Source of the DNA: Octopus vulgaris
Taxonomy: Eukaryota
Direction: 5' to 3'
DNA length: 64,000 nt
Assembly (NCBI GenBank): GCA_951406725.2
Contig: OX597815.1
Location: 102,610,001 to 102,674,000, forward strand
The notes beneath the pieces are model-generated. The model was given only the letters and a program-made list of their open reading frames with translations. It did no database searches and was not told where the DNA came from. This document shows positions 29,026 through 44,039 of this stretch, one piece after another (position 1 is the first letter of the stretch; each line of letters opens with the position of its first letter). The position numbers and the translations under genes were made by a program.

Positions 29026-31460
29026 AAAGAGAAATGAGAAAGTAAAAGAATTCTTAAAGTTCTTCCAAGGTTTCAGTTTTGTCTTTCTTTTTTTTACTAT
29101 GAGAGCGCATTATTTTACGTGTAAAGACAGAATTATTGATAACACACGTTACGATATCATGGTGTTCTTTGAAGGAGATTTGGTAACTATTTCTTATAGT
29201 TTAAATGACCGCGTTTAGGCTCGGTGGTATAGACTGGAGACAATGGAAGTTTATAGAGTGCATTAGTGGGTAGTTTCTAAGTATTTGCGTCCATGAGACT
29301 GAAAATGGTTTTGGTTCATAATTATATTGCAAAATTAATCATGTTAGCTATATCAATTTCTTTCTATTTCTAATGCCATTCACATACATACATACACATA
29401 CACATACTTGTATGCGTATGTGTATATATGTGTGTGAGTGTGTGTATGTATACATGTATATATGCATGTATGCATGTATGCATGTATGTATGTATGTATG
29501 TATCTATCTGTCTATCTATCAATCAATCTATCTGTATATCTATATAACACATATTAATGTAGTTAATACTTTGCCTGCCTTCTGGTATGTCTAGGCTCTC
29601 TTTCGATATGAATGATGAAACAGACACAAAATAAAATAAAATAAAATGAAACATTATTTGTAAACGTGTGAAGCTATTTATCTTCGGCGGTTAAGAATCG
29701 TAAGTCTTTGTTACTTGTGAACATGAGAAGACGAAAATCACATACATACACAGACAAAAAAAAATAGAAAACACCACCAACAACAATAGCAACAACAACA
29801 GCAGCAGCACTACATCATTAATAGAAACAGAAACAATATTCAAGAATGGTCACGTCAACCACTACAAAACCATCGACAACAACCACATAATATTCGAGAA
29901 CGAGGACAAGAAAAAAAGATGATGGCGACAACAGCAGCAGCAGCAACAGCAGCAACAACAATAACAATTACAACAAAAACAACAGTAAGTCTACATTCAA
30001 GAATATTGGCGCCATAACAACAGCAATAACATCAACTGCACACTATTTTGTAATGACAACAGCAAGTAAAATAGTATTGCTAACAACAATATAAAGAGTC
30101 TATTTCACCCATTGAAAACAAATATATAAATAAATGTAAGTCTGGGAAAGTTTTCTTTCTGTTTAGATTGGAGTCCGTTCTAATAAATATATCAATATTA
30201 GTCTGTGACGTATCCTACAGCTGCAAGGTGTATTTCCTTTCTATTGATTCCTTTTCTTCGCATCCTGTTTATCTATATAATTTTCTTTTTTTGCTGACGT
30301 ATCATCGTAAAGGTAGAGGGAGAATGAAATAGGAAGAGAAAGAGAGAAAGAGAGAGAGAAAAAGGTGGCGGATAGGTGTAGTGAAACCAAAATAGGCAAT
30401 CACAGAAAGAGTAGTCTGAAGTTGAGATAAATATTAAACGACATTCTCGCTGATATCTAACACACGAGGTGGCTCAGGGTTTTAAAGTATTGTATAAATA
30501 AAAATATTAATAATCGGAGAGAGAGAGAGAGAAAGAGAGAGGGAGGGAGGAGGAGGGAGAGAATATGATGTCAATGCTGACTGTTTTGTTTTTCTTCTGC
30601 TAGTGTCCATCAACGCAACACTAGAATCAGTAGCAAAACCAACAAAAAGAAATAACAACAACAAGAACTACAACAACAGATATTAATAACAGAAAAGGGG
30701 GCAGAATATATGAACATATGTCATCATAAATGTGTAACGTACAATTGCGCAATTCACTAGAATTGAACTCTACATGTGCTTATATTAGTTCTCCTCCTGG
30801 CAAAATATCACCTAAAACGAACAAATAGGCAGTGGAAAGTCATCTGCTTCGCACTTCCACTTATTCTGTCAACGTCTCAACTAACATAGGTGCTATTTTT
30901 CCTAGTATCAATAGATAAATATTTGGCTGAATTCACAGATATACAAAAAATTTCAATAGATGCTTTTGGAAATTAGTTTTAGTTCCACTAAAACTAATTA
31001 GTAGGGTTCCACATCGAAGGGGTCAGTCGATCAAATCGACGCCAGTACTTTATTCTATCGGTTCTTTTGTCGAACCACTAAGTTACGGGGACGCTAACAC
31101 TGCTTGTCAAGATGGCGACATAGAGAATCATACAGACACACACACAAATATATGTGACGGACTTCTCTCTATTAAATTTTGTCCAAAGGTATAGGTATGC
31201 CCGGGGCTATAGTAGCATACATTTGGCCAAAGTATCATATTAAAGAACTGAATCCAAAACCGAGTGGTATTTTAGTGAGATGTTGACTGTGGAGGATGTA
31301 AGGGAGGAAAATATAGTGGTTGTAAGAGGAGAGTGGAGAATGCCTGTTAGGGAATGGAACTACGGTGCAATTGGAAGAGAAGAGGTGAGGGAAACCCTGC
31401 GGAAGATAGGAAACTGGAAGCATCTTAATCACACAGCAGTGTATATATATATATATATAT

Positions 31461-32037
31461 AATTTTAAAATAGGATAAAATCTTTATAAGAATTTATCAA
31501 GTAGTTAGCGTGAAAAACCTCATAAGAGAAAAAATCCATCAATTTTTCTCTCAAATTTATTTATTTATAGTGAGGGCATTACTATACATAAATGTCACAC
31601 GCTTAGAGGGACTCTTAAAGTCAAAACTACCAAAATAAATAAACTCATAGTACCGAATGCGAGGGAATGCAACACTCGAAGCAAGCCTCTTAAAAACAGA
31701 ATTTAGCTTCATATCACATAATTTCATAATTAGTGCACAAATGCACTTTTTAATCCTCAGTGCAAGCATAATTCAAGATTTATAAAAAAATGAACAAAAA
31801 TCAACATACCAGATGAACAGCCAATGTATTCAGCGTAGCATACAGAATTGTTCACCCTTAATACATTTATGTAAAAGGCGGGCTTTTTCGAATTGCACCT
31901 CGGTACAACATGTTTTTTCGGAATAAAATTCAGCACTGAATATACTCCGGTTAAAATTACAATTTAAAAATAGGATAAAATCTTTATAAGAATTTATCAA
32001 GTAGTTAGCGTTTAAAACCTCATAAGAGAAAAAATCC
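31461..32037 (-). mobile_element. Hammerhead-bearing non-coding element 3, 500-bp monomer with 77-bp terminal redundancy
   Basis: Direct repeat 31461-31537 / 31961-32037 (period 500). The HHR-sense 3' end abuts (TA)n at 31442-31460. Confidence 0.82.
31706..31767 (-). ncRNA. Type I hammerhead ribozyme motif
   Basis: Minus strand: GCUUGCA-CUGAGGA-UUAAA AGUGCA UUUG UGCACU AAUUAU-GAA-AUUA UG UGAU-A-UGAAGC. Stem I has one bulge, 10.1/11.1 is U-U, triplet AUA. Confidence 0.65.
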
Positions 32038-32253
32038 TAGCCTTTCATCAGGAGGAACGTTGGCATCTTCACCCAGCCAGCGGAGTGGCATTATTCGAAA
32101 GCTAAATCGATGGAAAGCGCATTGTGACCAGCGATGTATATCATCTGATGGGCTTCTTGATCACGTGATATATGTCTGTTTGTATGTCTTTATGTCTGTC
32201 TGTCTATCTCTCTCACTCTCTCTATCTCTATTTTCTCTCTCTCTCTCTCTATC

Positions 32254-32285
<32 letters not shown>

Positions 32286-35200
32286 AAACTTTGTAAGTGG
32301 ATTCATGAACAAAGTAGAAAGAAGTCAAACTATTACTTGAAATAAATGTTTAATGAAATGTGATTGGTAAAAATGACTGATTTCACATGACTTTATCTTT
32401 CTGAAAGAGTGAAAGTGATCGTAATATCTTGTGCGAACAATGTATGTCAAGCGATGGCTATACAGTGGGGTTTAATATTGTAGGCAATCTGAATAAATTC
32501 TATATACATGGTCCCTTATTCAGCTCGATTGCTCTGTTTTAAGTGAAAGCTATTTGTAGAACTTCATTGTTAGAGAGCCATTTATTTTGTCATGTTTTGA
32601 TACTAATCTATAATCTCATTCGAAATTCAGTGGTGTTTAACTGATGGTACTCATTAGTGATTAGCTGATCAGATGATGAAAATTATAGGATCAAAATATT
32701 TTTAGCTTTGATTTGTGTGGCGCTTTTTAGAACTCTCTAATTTGGGTTTCTTCTCTTAATTCTCACCTTTGTTTATATTCAAAAGAGCCAAGGTCATTTG
32801 TTAGAATATTAAAATATTGGACTCATAGCTAGAAAAGATTTAATCATTTTAAGGATGAAAGGAAAATATGAATTGATTATATTATCAGCAGAAGACACAA
32901 GGTCAATAAATGCTTCCCAATATATTCTAATGTGACATCCATTTCCTGGGTTACTCTGTCACCTTGAATCGCTACACACATCCACAAAATAAGAATCCAG
33001 TTTATTTTCACAAAGTTTCAAACATATCTCTACTATAAAAGCGTGCACATATTGATTTCTAGAAATTTCCACTTTAATAAATACTCTTTGATTACAAGGA
33101 TGATCCGGGGCTGCAATTTGATAAGAGTTACAAAAGAATACACCGAAAGTATTCAATCTTATTTAGTTTTGGAGTGTTAAAGTCAAATTCGCTCTTAGAA
33201 TTTGCGTGTCAAATGTATACAAAAAATTTTCAAATTCTAGCATCGTATTGATAGAACAAACATTGCAGTCATATAGTAGGATACTATAATCATATTAACT
33301 ATTTCATTGATATAACTTTTTCAGTTCTTATTTACATACTTCATTAGGTTCATATGTATTACACATATATAGAAATTTGACAAATGTTGTGAAAGCTTAT
33401 TAAAAATTAACACAATTTCTTACACAGATAAAGTAATTCTTGCAGCATTAAACATTATATATTATTGATATGACACGATAGTAAACAGCACGATGTTGTG
33501 AGAAAAGTGCACGACACAGTCAAATAATTCTATCGTTTTACGCTAATTCAAAAATTGAAGATATAGATTAAAAATAAAGTTTGTGTCAGCAAGTAGCCTC
33601 TTTAAGGGGGAGGGGATTTCTCGTTTTAGATTGTTGGACCTTATCACTTTTTTTTTTCTTTTAAAAGGCCACAGAAACCTTTGGCGACATAATTGTATTG
33701 CAAAAGCTGTATACTATTTTCCCCACTGTCTTGTATGTCTTGAAAACGTTCTTCCTTCTTCCTCACTAATATCTCCTAAATAGGCAAACAACGAAAAAAA
33801 GAAAAACAAAAAACAACAACAAAAGACAAAACAAATTAAATAGCTGAGGAGGCAATGTGCTTTAAATCCCATATTATATCCTAGCTCCAGGAAAGAAAAG
33901 TAAAATACTTTGAAGCTCTCCAGATTCCGTTTATCATCGAAAAATATTTTTACATCTTCTCAACAGTTATAACTAAACTCATATCTCATTTCTGTTCTTA
34001 TCTTAGGCTCATCACAGGTATGTACCCTCAATTTCTCTTGAATTAGAGCAGAATATTTTCTAGATAGAGCCAACTATCTTATCTATGACATAAATAAATA
34101 TGTTTTATCAGACATAATCTAATATGAAATGATGGGAACAAGACCTTTCCTGGATTTTTCTTGAGAGATGTTCATGAAGATTTTATGCATTTCAATATCG
34201 CAACATCCTTCTTCTTATGATAACTTTTAGCAAGAGACCTCTATAAAAGAAATCCTTACAGGAATTTATTGTAACTGTTTTCTTGACCAAGAAGTATGTT
34301 GCTAGCTTTCAAATCTCTAGACATCCTATTCCGTTAGAGTAATTTCAGCTTCTCACGACAATTTTTTAGGTATCCCGAATGGTTGCAGGATATCTCCTTT
34401 CCATGTTTGCTAGGGCTTGGAAACACAATTTGCAATCTTCATAATAATCTTTCATAAAAAGGAGTTAATCTGCTTTACAATCTATTCAGTAAATAATTGC
34501 TAGTTGGCATTTATCTTAAGAAATTAATCAAATATTTTCTCTACTTTAGAATCGATCTGGTTAAGATTTTCTTGCACTATACTGTAATTCATACATTATG
34601 GTAGTGTAGGTATCCTTCATTCTCTGTAGCTTAGAACTTTACTCTTTGATTCTTCTTGTGTAATATAGTAACGAGGTGGTCGTAGAATAAAACGTTTTAT
34701 GAAATAGTCTAGGCTTCCCTTTAACAGAAAATAAAAGAAGTTTTGTTGATATTACTTCAGATTTGAATATATAAAATACTTTGAAACAATGACTTGATTC
34801 CATTGATAATTTCCGTAAACTGTCAAACACCGAGTAATTTAACATTTCTTCTGTATGGGAATTACCAAAAGTTGATGGGTTAGATTAAACCTATGTAATA
34901 TTTGACATCAGATTCACCCAAATTAACTTAAAACGACCTTCATCTTTAAAAAGAAAGGTCAGTGCAATCCGTTGAATCGATCGAATTCTATCATGGTAGT
35001 ATTCAAGTCGACATCTAAGCGTCTATGGCGGGAGATTCACAGTAGCAAAATCTCCCTTAAATCACACCCTTCGGCCTTTAAAAAGCAGCAGTGAATGACG
35101 TAGTCTAGGACAATAAACACTTGGGCAAAAAGATGAGAGTTATTGTTTGGATGTCTTTGATCATAGATCTGTGTGATCAAGATTAAGCTTGAATCAAGCA

Positions 35201-38200
35201 ATAGCATCAATAACTTGTATCTATTTATGAATGTCGGTAGTGTCACTCAGCCATTAAAAAGCATCGATGATACAAATAATAAAAGACATGAACATCAATA
35301 TACTTCCGATGGAGTTGAAAATTATTTACATTCATTTTCATATTGTTTGGCTTGGACATCTAATAGAAAAGGAGAAAAATAAATTATATGATAGTTACAG
35401 CAAGAAAGGAAATAGCAGAAAAATATAGCCCGTATGAACAGAACAGCGTAAATGCAGAGCAGCAGGATACAGATATATATATATATATATATATATATCA
35501 TGTGCCAGCGAAAGTGCTTCTACGTGGTCTCTTGCCTTCTTTGTCTCCCCAAATCTCACAAATCAAACCCTGACACCTTCAATAAACAAAGGACATATTA
35601 AATAATGTAATCACTCCTACTCTTACAAAGACAATATCACCATAATTGGTTTGCTTTTGATCATATATTGGCTAAACAATATCATCATGACCGGACACAG
35701 TACATTAGAAAGATCATCAGAGATACTAAGGAATTTAAAAACTAGTAAACAGCTTTACTATTATTTTATTCCGTTTGCGATAATCATCATTAACTTGGCA
35801 TTATTATTTCTTGTGAAAATAACCCAGTCTATTGTGATATTTAAATAACTACTATAATATATCAGAACAAGTGATTTTTTTCAAACGTTTATCTAAAAAC
35901 AAAAAAACCCCTCTATCTCTGATTCAATAAAGTAAATAAAGTAACTTTTACAGTATGTTTTTATCGATGTGAAATTTAATACTTTGTAATTTCGTGGATA
36001 ATTTCTTTTATTTATGATGTTATTTACTTAGGTATGAATATTATGGGACAGAAAGATATTAATTAACTTTTCTTTGTTGTTGCTTAATGAGAGAACATTT
36101 ACATTTTAATGGCTGATTATTATTTGTTAAAAAGTAGACGCGGTTATACTCCTACTGCAAATATAATCGACCCACTTTTAATAGATTCAAAGAGACATCA
36201 TAAAAGAAAGCTGATTATTTCACTAACAGTTGAGAGAACAATGCTTTGAAGTAAGTGTTTTTTTGTTGTTGGACTTTTGTTTATCGTAATATAAGAAAAG
36301 TGAACAAGGGTTGTTTGTATTGCTGGAAATAGCTGCTAGATCTTCATATTTACACCACCTACCACATTAAAAAAAGAAAGTAATAAAACGTTACAAAATG
36401 TAAACGATAATACTGCAGCTGAAACGTTTTTATGCAAGTTTGTTTAACCGTGTTCTTTCACTGAGATAACCAACGACAGTAATTATCAAGAAGAATATCT
36501 AGTCTAATATATGATAAATCAATCAACGTTTATATAAATAAGCAGAATAAGAATGTAGACCTTACCGCTGCAAGCAGTGAGCATTGGAGTAGCTTTCAGA
36601 GATAATCTTAGCAGGAAATGATGTATTTTTTAATGGTTGAGATAGAGAGGAAATCTATGATTGTTTAAGAAATGAAGGAAGCCATCTCTAAATTAGAGAC
36701 TGAACCGGAATATTGGCAACAATATTCTGATAAATGCATGCAAGGTTTGGATAGTTGTGTTAATGCTAAGTCCTCATCGACTGCAGAATCTTACCAAACG
36801 CACTTAAAAATCCCGTCGTATTTTCTCTGTTATTCAGGATGTCTTATAATTACAAGTAGCGTTTATAAATGTCTATTGTTTTAGTTTGCTGCTGACGTAC
36901 TCAATGATATAAACAAAATATCTGAAGGATTTTAAACTTTGCTTCTTGGAGAGGGAGAACAAAAAAAAAACTACTGATAATTGTTAGTGACTCGAAGATA
37001 TAATGGGGCATACTTTTAGGAACATCAGAATATAATTCACAAAAATTTTATTTTCATATTTGGTGGAGCATGTGATCTTTATTATTAGAAATATTGATGG
37101 AATCGGTAAATTATAGTTTTCTAAATCCGGCTTTGATCAGTAGAAAAAAATTTTTCTGACTAGTAAAAGGGTATGGAAGAGTTTTCGCCACTGTAATATA
37201 TATAGTTATAAGAAGCGAGTTAAAGGAAATTGCATAAGTACGAAAAATAATTCAGATAGATGTCTAGCTGAAGAAAAAAAAAAGGGCAGTCTGAATTGTT
37301 AGCGACTTTAGTAGGTAATGGGAGATAATTTTAAAAGAAAATTTAGTTTTAAAGAAAAGTTTCATATTTGCAGGGGAAATTTAATCTTTGTTAGCAGCAG
37401 ACAATTTTATTAGACTTCATCAACGAAACATATTCATCGTTGCTCGGAGGACAGAATTTTTACGATTATATAAAAAAAAATAATTTGGACAACATAATTT
37501 GCAGAATTTCCAAAGTATTTTTCTTGATAGGTTCTGTGGAAATTAGAAGAGTTCTTATGAGATTTGGATGAGATGAATTTGCGTGTTAAATGAAAAATAT
37601 ACAGTTTTCGCCCTTTCGTCTGTTGAAAATAATTCAAATTAGTTTCCACACCACCAGCAGTATCTCATCATTTCTGACATATCTTATGTTTATATTTAAA
37701 TTCTGATTAAATAGTACATACATCATAACATTCGTTAGAAAATAATTTGCTAAAAGCCAAGAATATTAAGTCTTCTATTGTTTCAAGTGATTAATTACTG
37801 AAAATTTATTTGAAACTTGAAGATATCAGTAATTTTCTAATAGTATACTTTACATGTCTCAGAGGACCACCTTGTCTGTGTTTTTCTGGCAGAAGCAAAG
37901 GTTGAAAGATGTTTTTATTTCCCGCATCAATTATTTGTTGATTATTGGTGAAAAATGTTTCCGAGAAATATTAAACATTTATAAACTTGGAAAAATTCTA
38001 ATTTCAGCTAGATTCTCCAAACTCTTATAAGTATTTATTCATAACACTTTATTTAATATTCATCACTAAGACTTCTCTGAAAGTTTAAAAAAAACATAGA
38101 CAAATTTTCTTCTCACGGCACGTAAACAAACATTATGTTATGGTCACATACTTCTCATACTTATTAGACTTTGGTTGATGAAAACAACATTTACATCGAG

Positions 38201-39113
38201 TTTTACAGTTCATCTAAAGACAAACAGAATCGTTTCCCCAAACTAAAGTCTTGTCCAAATTTTGAGTGTTACTACTCTGACGATGTTTAATAGAGAGGTT
38301 TGTTGCTGTAGAAATTAAGCTTCATATAAGTCCTGATTAAGTTGGGCTTTGATCATAAGCGCTTTAGCCATGATTGCTGTAGGTTATATTTTAGATACCA
38401 GGGAGTATAGTAGACGGTTTCGACTAGCATAAACGTTGTATGTGTTTGTGCTGTATGTGCGTGTATTCATGCATGTGTGTAAATCGACAGGAGATGTGAT
38501 TTGGCTAGAGGCTTTCTTTGTTAGTCTCTGTAGATATAAAAAAAAATGGCGAAATGCGTTGCGATTATGCATGATAGCAATACAACTATGTTAATTAAGA
38601 AAAATTTAATTCGCATGAAACAAGAGTATATTTGTGGGTTATCACTAGTTAGAAAGTGTGTTGTTGTTTAGAACTCCAGCTGCAATTTAATGAAACTGAC
38701 CTAGAATGAAAGCTTTCCTGCTATGATAATTCTGATGTATTGCATAATGTATCCAAGGATGTATTATTCAATGTTTTCTTCGTTTTTCAAAGACGGTAGG
38801 GTATCATTTGAGGTTAGATTGGACTGCTTTCTCAAGAAGCAAGTGTGCTGGTGTAAAAGCTGCTTCATTTGATCAAAAAATGATTGCCTTTGTTAATTAG
38901 TCCCTCACCAGCCAAGATCGGTAAGATGTATGATAAAATAATTTCTAGTGAGAACAATCCCGTATTATTTAAAAGAAGAGTGTGTCTAGGACTGCATTAT
39001 CCGTAGGTTCCTTTCTTTTCAAAGAAGGTAGGGTATAGTTTGATTATTTCTTTCTTACTGTTTTTAGCAGCTCAAGCATTAAGTGCAAAATCTGTTTACT
39101 TTATTTGCTAGTT

Positions 39114-39167
39114 AGAATGGGTGATTCGCAACCTTTTAACAGAATGGGTGATTCGCAACCTTTTAAC
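39114..39167. repeat. Exact 27-bp tandem duplication
   Basis: agaatgggtgattcgcaaccttttaac twice. Confidence 0.95.
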
Positions 39168-40205
39168 ATTGAAGCTCAACGTAGCAAATTAACAATCCTC
39201 TGTGAACCTTCTTTTTACGAGCTTAAATAATGAATACAAACAATTTTCTAAACAAATTAATAGATTAACATTTAGCAATTAATATTTATAGTTCAGAACC
39301 CTTCGAGATCAATTTTTCATTTCATCCATCTGGGATTGATAAAATGTAAGCGATCAATATGTGCGTCTTTCAAGCTTCTTCAAGCAAGGAAGATTCTGAT
39401 ACTACAGCTGATAATTCCCAATATATTTTCTTCATTCCATTGGCACTTTAAGGGCCGATACAGGTATAAAATTCCAAGGCCAAAGTATTCCATGGAGGAG
39501 TTGTACCCCAGAAATTATTAAGTTTGAAATGCATAATTATGAAATGATGTCACAACACAGCTTGCCATTTCTGTAGAATATTGACTAAATAAGAAGTAAA
39601 ACAATCACCGGTAGATGTAATGTTATTGAAATTAGAGAAAGCAGCATATATGGTGCATGGCTTAATGTTACTTAAAGAAAGGTCTCTTCTCGTTTCTGAC
39701 TTACATGTTGAAAATCATGTTTACGCATGTAGAGAAACACACACGCACACACACACACACACACACGCGCGCACATATATATATATATATATATATACAT
39801 TCGCACGCACATACACTCAAAGAAATATATGTGCAGGCATGTCGTGTTAGAGTAATAATTCTTATGCAGAATTGTATATTTTTCAGAAAGAAAACTCTTG
39901 TTTTTATATTATATAGCATTTATTCTTAAGCCGAGGCTTACATACATACATACATAATACATACATAGATACATACATGCATACATACGTACATAATGCA
40001 CACACGCATATATAGAGAAGACATATATTCATATACACAGACTTAAAAACATATGTTTATATACATATATACTATATATTGGTATTTACTTATATGTATA
40101 TATGCATACATGCATATATGTAGATGTCTGTCTGTCTATCTATCTATATATCTTTCTTTATCCATCTGTCGACCTATCTAGCTATCTATCTAAATACATA
40201 CATAC

Positions 40206-40236
<31 letters not shown>

Positions 40237-40589
40237 CATACATACATACAAAAACATTCTTTTACTTCCTCCTGTTACCGTTTTTTCTACTTCTAACATA
40301 TTTCAAGAGTTCATACTGTTGTATATTTATTTATTCTTACATTTATTTTATTTTATTTTTTATGTTTTGGTCTTCATCATTTCTAGTATTAAATTTTCTT
40401 TGATCACTTCGTATTCTAAGGAGGAGCCAGTCTTGTTTTTAGAATACGAATCAGCAGAGTTAAGCAAACCTTCTGAATAAGAACGAGACTCTGGCAAAAG
40501 GAAAAAGGTAAAAAAAAAAGAATAAATTATTTAAAGAAAAACAAAATAGTCATAAACTCATTTATACAATCTAAGCGGTATTCGCAGAC

Positions 40590-40930
40590 GTATACACAAA
40601 TGAGCATATACACACGTATACGTACATACATACATACATACATACATACATACATACATACATACATAATACATACATACATACATACGAACCTACACGT
40701 ACATATATATATATATATATATATGTGCATATATGCATATATACATATATATGTATATATGGTGTGTGTATATATATATATAAATACACGTATCCCTACA
40801 TATGTATATATATATGTATGTGAATGTATGTGTGTACACATGCACATATAGATATATGTGTTTATATAAGCATATATATATATGTATAGATGTATATGTG
40901 TGTGTGTGTATAAACATATGCAAATACGAA
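40590..40930. repeat. (TACA)n/(TA)n/(TG)n low-complexity region
   Basis: Direct reading. Confidence 0.9.
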
Positions 40931-43331
40931 TGTACACAGGTGACATATATTCATATACGCACAATTACTCTAAAACTTCTACACACACATTCATACACAT
41001 GCGAAAACAATTATACACAATGCAAGCACATTCAGGTACACCCACATGCGTCAAGAACCATTCACCTCTTCACCTCATACGCACCACACCAAACCACACA
41101 TATATGCACACAAACACATGAACCAATAGACACAGAGATTCATACACGCACCCATGTACAAAGCTGAACTTACACACAAGCAAAAAGTCATATCAACATA
41201 CATATACACGATCACCTATACACATATAAACACATTTATACACACAATCTCATAAACTTTGCTTTACTTTGGTTGTGCCACCATTGAAAAAATAATCCTT
41301 TGAAGTCGTCGATTCAGTGAAGCAGAAAGACATATTAATGTTGGAGAGCAATTGCTTCTTTTGGCATTCTTGGTGGAAGGCACGAATGTATTTCCTTTTT
41401 ATAGGTTAATGTAATTTTCTGCTAAAAGGCTGATGGCTGAGAAGTAGTTTGAAGACTAAACAATCAAAGAGATCCTGTATATTTAAGAGAACCTGTGCTT
41501 TTCAGGACCTTCTCAACTATTTTACTTTTCAAGTCAATCAATACATTGTCGAAAGCATGTATTAGAAATAATGATATACTATTCATATATAATTAATATT
41601 CATAATAGTAAAACTATATGTTGATGTTATTTATACCAAGTCATACCTGAACCAGTAAATCTGTGATTAATGTTGTTTCAGCCGTGAATTAGTTATTCTT
41701 TACGTATTTTAAATTCTCCCAAGACAACAAATATTCAATTTTGAACATTAACTGATTCATTCATTACTATTTCAACGGGGACTGCAAGACTATATTTCGC
41801 TGTTGAGGTCAGTATATGGTTACAAATACCTAAAGTTGACTAACGCTTTATGTCTCACCGTATATATATTTCTAGTTAGCATTGTGAAGTATTCTGCTTT
41901 ATAAAGGTTAAAGGTACATCCATATAACATATATAGATTAGATTAATAAGTATATTGACAGTCAGGCATACATATTGAGGAACTCATATGGAAACATGCA
42001 AATAAGTAAATGATAAATAACTCAGAACACAAAGACAGATACAAATAGAATTAGATGGAGACAGATATAAGAGAGAGAGGGAGAGAGTGAGAGACAGAGA
42101 GAGAGAGAGACAGACAGACAGAGAATTACAAAATAGATTGAGAATATTTATTTATCATTTGTACATTCTATTGTAGCATAAATTTCTTAATGACCGTAGA
42201 TAGATAAATATGATAGAGTGCCGAAATATATGCTGAATAAGGTCTATGAAATCCAGAATTCTGTGAATCTATTGTGGGTATACATTATCAATATAGAATC
42301 CAATGGAATAAACATTAGAAAACTAAGAGTAAAGTCAGTAAATTGAGTCGTATTGAAAAGGAGGAAAAAAAAAGGTTCTTTATCATGAAGAGAGAAATTA
42401 AGTATTGAAAAATGTTAGTATTTTACTTCAAATTTATCTTTCAACACGGCCTATTGTACAGGTTTTACTAATTTTATTTAATTTCGAGACTGCGCGTTCT
42501 TTGTTCAAATATCATTATAGTCTTTCATACCACTTAGGATTATAATGTAAGTACTAGCTATGACTCTGGTTGATTCGATCAGCTACTGTCTTCTCTGTCT
42601 CAATTCCTTTTCTTCATTCTGAAAATTTTATAAAAGAAGTTTACAGAGATTGGGATATCGGAAATAGAAATTTTATACAATGTAACTTGGCCAATTTAAC
42701 GTCAGACAGCAAAAGTTCCGAAAATTCTTATTCTTGTTCCTTTTGATTTAATTATATATCAATAATCAAATCTCAGAAACAGTATGATATCTTACGTACA
42801 AAATTATACAGTTGCCTCTAGATTTGGTAATTTTTCAAATTTCTGACATAGCCTATATATTTTCAGGTTATTATCGATTCATCGCATGAGTTATTTTAGA
42901 TCATACGAACATTTTTTTCTCTATGAAAAATTATTCAGACCTTGATATGCTAAAATAATTAGCAATTACAATTATAATTGAAAAAAGAAAATATCAGTTC
43001 ATGAATGAAACTAATTATCTGCATATCTTCAGTAATACTCGTAATACGCGCAAATTGAATGCAAACCTGTCATAGTATTCTCTCCCCACCCAATCATTCA
43101 CTTAACTACAGCGGTCGAACGATTGGCGGGAGGTGGGAGGAGAGAGAGAGAGAATATTTTAGCATATTCTGATATTTTCAATCATCTTAACGTGTAGTTA
43201 CGTCATCATTGCCTAACTACTGCTCTTTTATTCAGGCAGAACACTTGACATAAAATATGACTACACTGCACTTTACCATGATTTTTTAATGGAAAGTTTG
43301 GTAGGTATAGCCTCCATGGGTTCCTTTTTTG

Positions 43332-43332
<1 letters not shown>

Positions 43333-43416
<84 letters not shown>

Positions 43417-43457
43417 ACATATATATATATATGCATATATATATAATTGTATATATA
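43333..43457. repeat. (CT)n followed by TA-rich tract
   Basis: Direct reading. Confidence 0.95.
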
Positions 43458-43504
43458 CATGCTGACAGGGACTGTAATAGACCGAAAAGCAGCAGTCGCG
43501 ATAT

Positions 43505-43555
43505 TCTCAGACTGATCGGTCAATTTCGGCTTTCGTCGGAGCCTCTTCAGTGGGA
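43505..43555 (-). ncRNA. Type I hammerhead ribozyme with canonical core, in a ~130-bp GC-rich insert
   Basis: Minus strand: UCCCA-CUGAAGA-GGCU CCGACGAA AGCC-GAA-AUUGA CCGA UCAGU-C-UGAGA. Stem II is perfect, stem III has 5 bp, triplet GUC, stem I has one C-A mismatch. Confidence 0.8.
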
Positions 43556-43688
43556 TCGGTCCCACTCGGCTGATTCTGGACGATGATATAGATATAAATA
43601 TAGGAACAATCACACACGCGCACAGACATGCACAAATATATTCAGCATAAGTAAATTAATTGATAAATAAATAGGCAGACAGACAGAC

Positions 43689-43763
<75 letters not shown>

Positions 43764-44039
43764 CAAATAGAGAGGGGAGAGACAGGAGCTGAGAAAGGTA
43801 GAGAGACAGACATGAAGGTTTTGTCCATTTTGGACAGGCAATGTTTAACCTTATGGCACCAACTGCAGCAGTCTTTTATGGTCTGTTTTGGGACATCATA
43901 GCGACTCGTGTACAAAGTTGTTTGCTGAGGTATCTCCGGGTGATAGTGTTTTGTCTTCTATTACATATAAGAATTTGTCTTCTATGTAATGTAACGTTTG
44001 AATGTTATAGGTGTCTTTTCTTTGAATTCTTTCGGAATA

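Noticed and set aside
33860-37700. Non-repetitive AT-rich stretches that might be old transposase or host exon sequence
   Set aside because: No sustained ORF or recognisable motif by eye.
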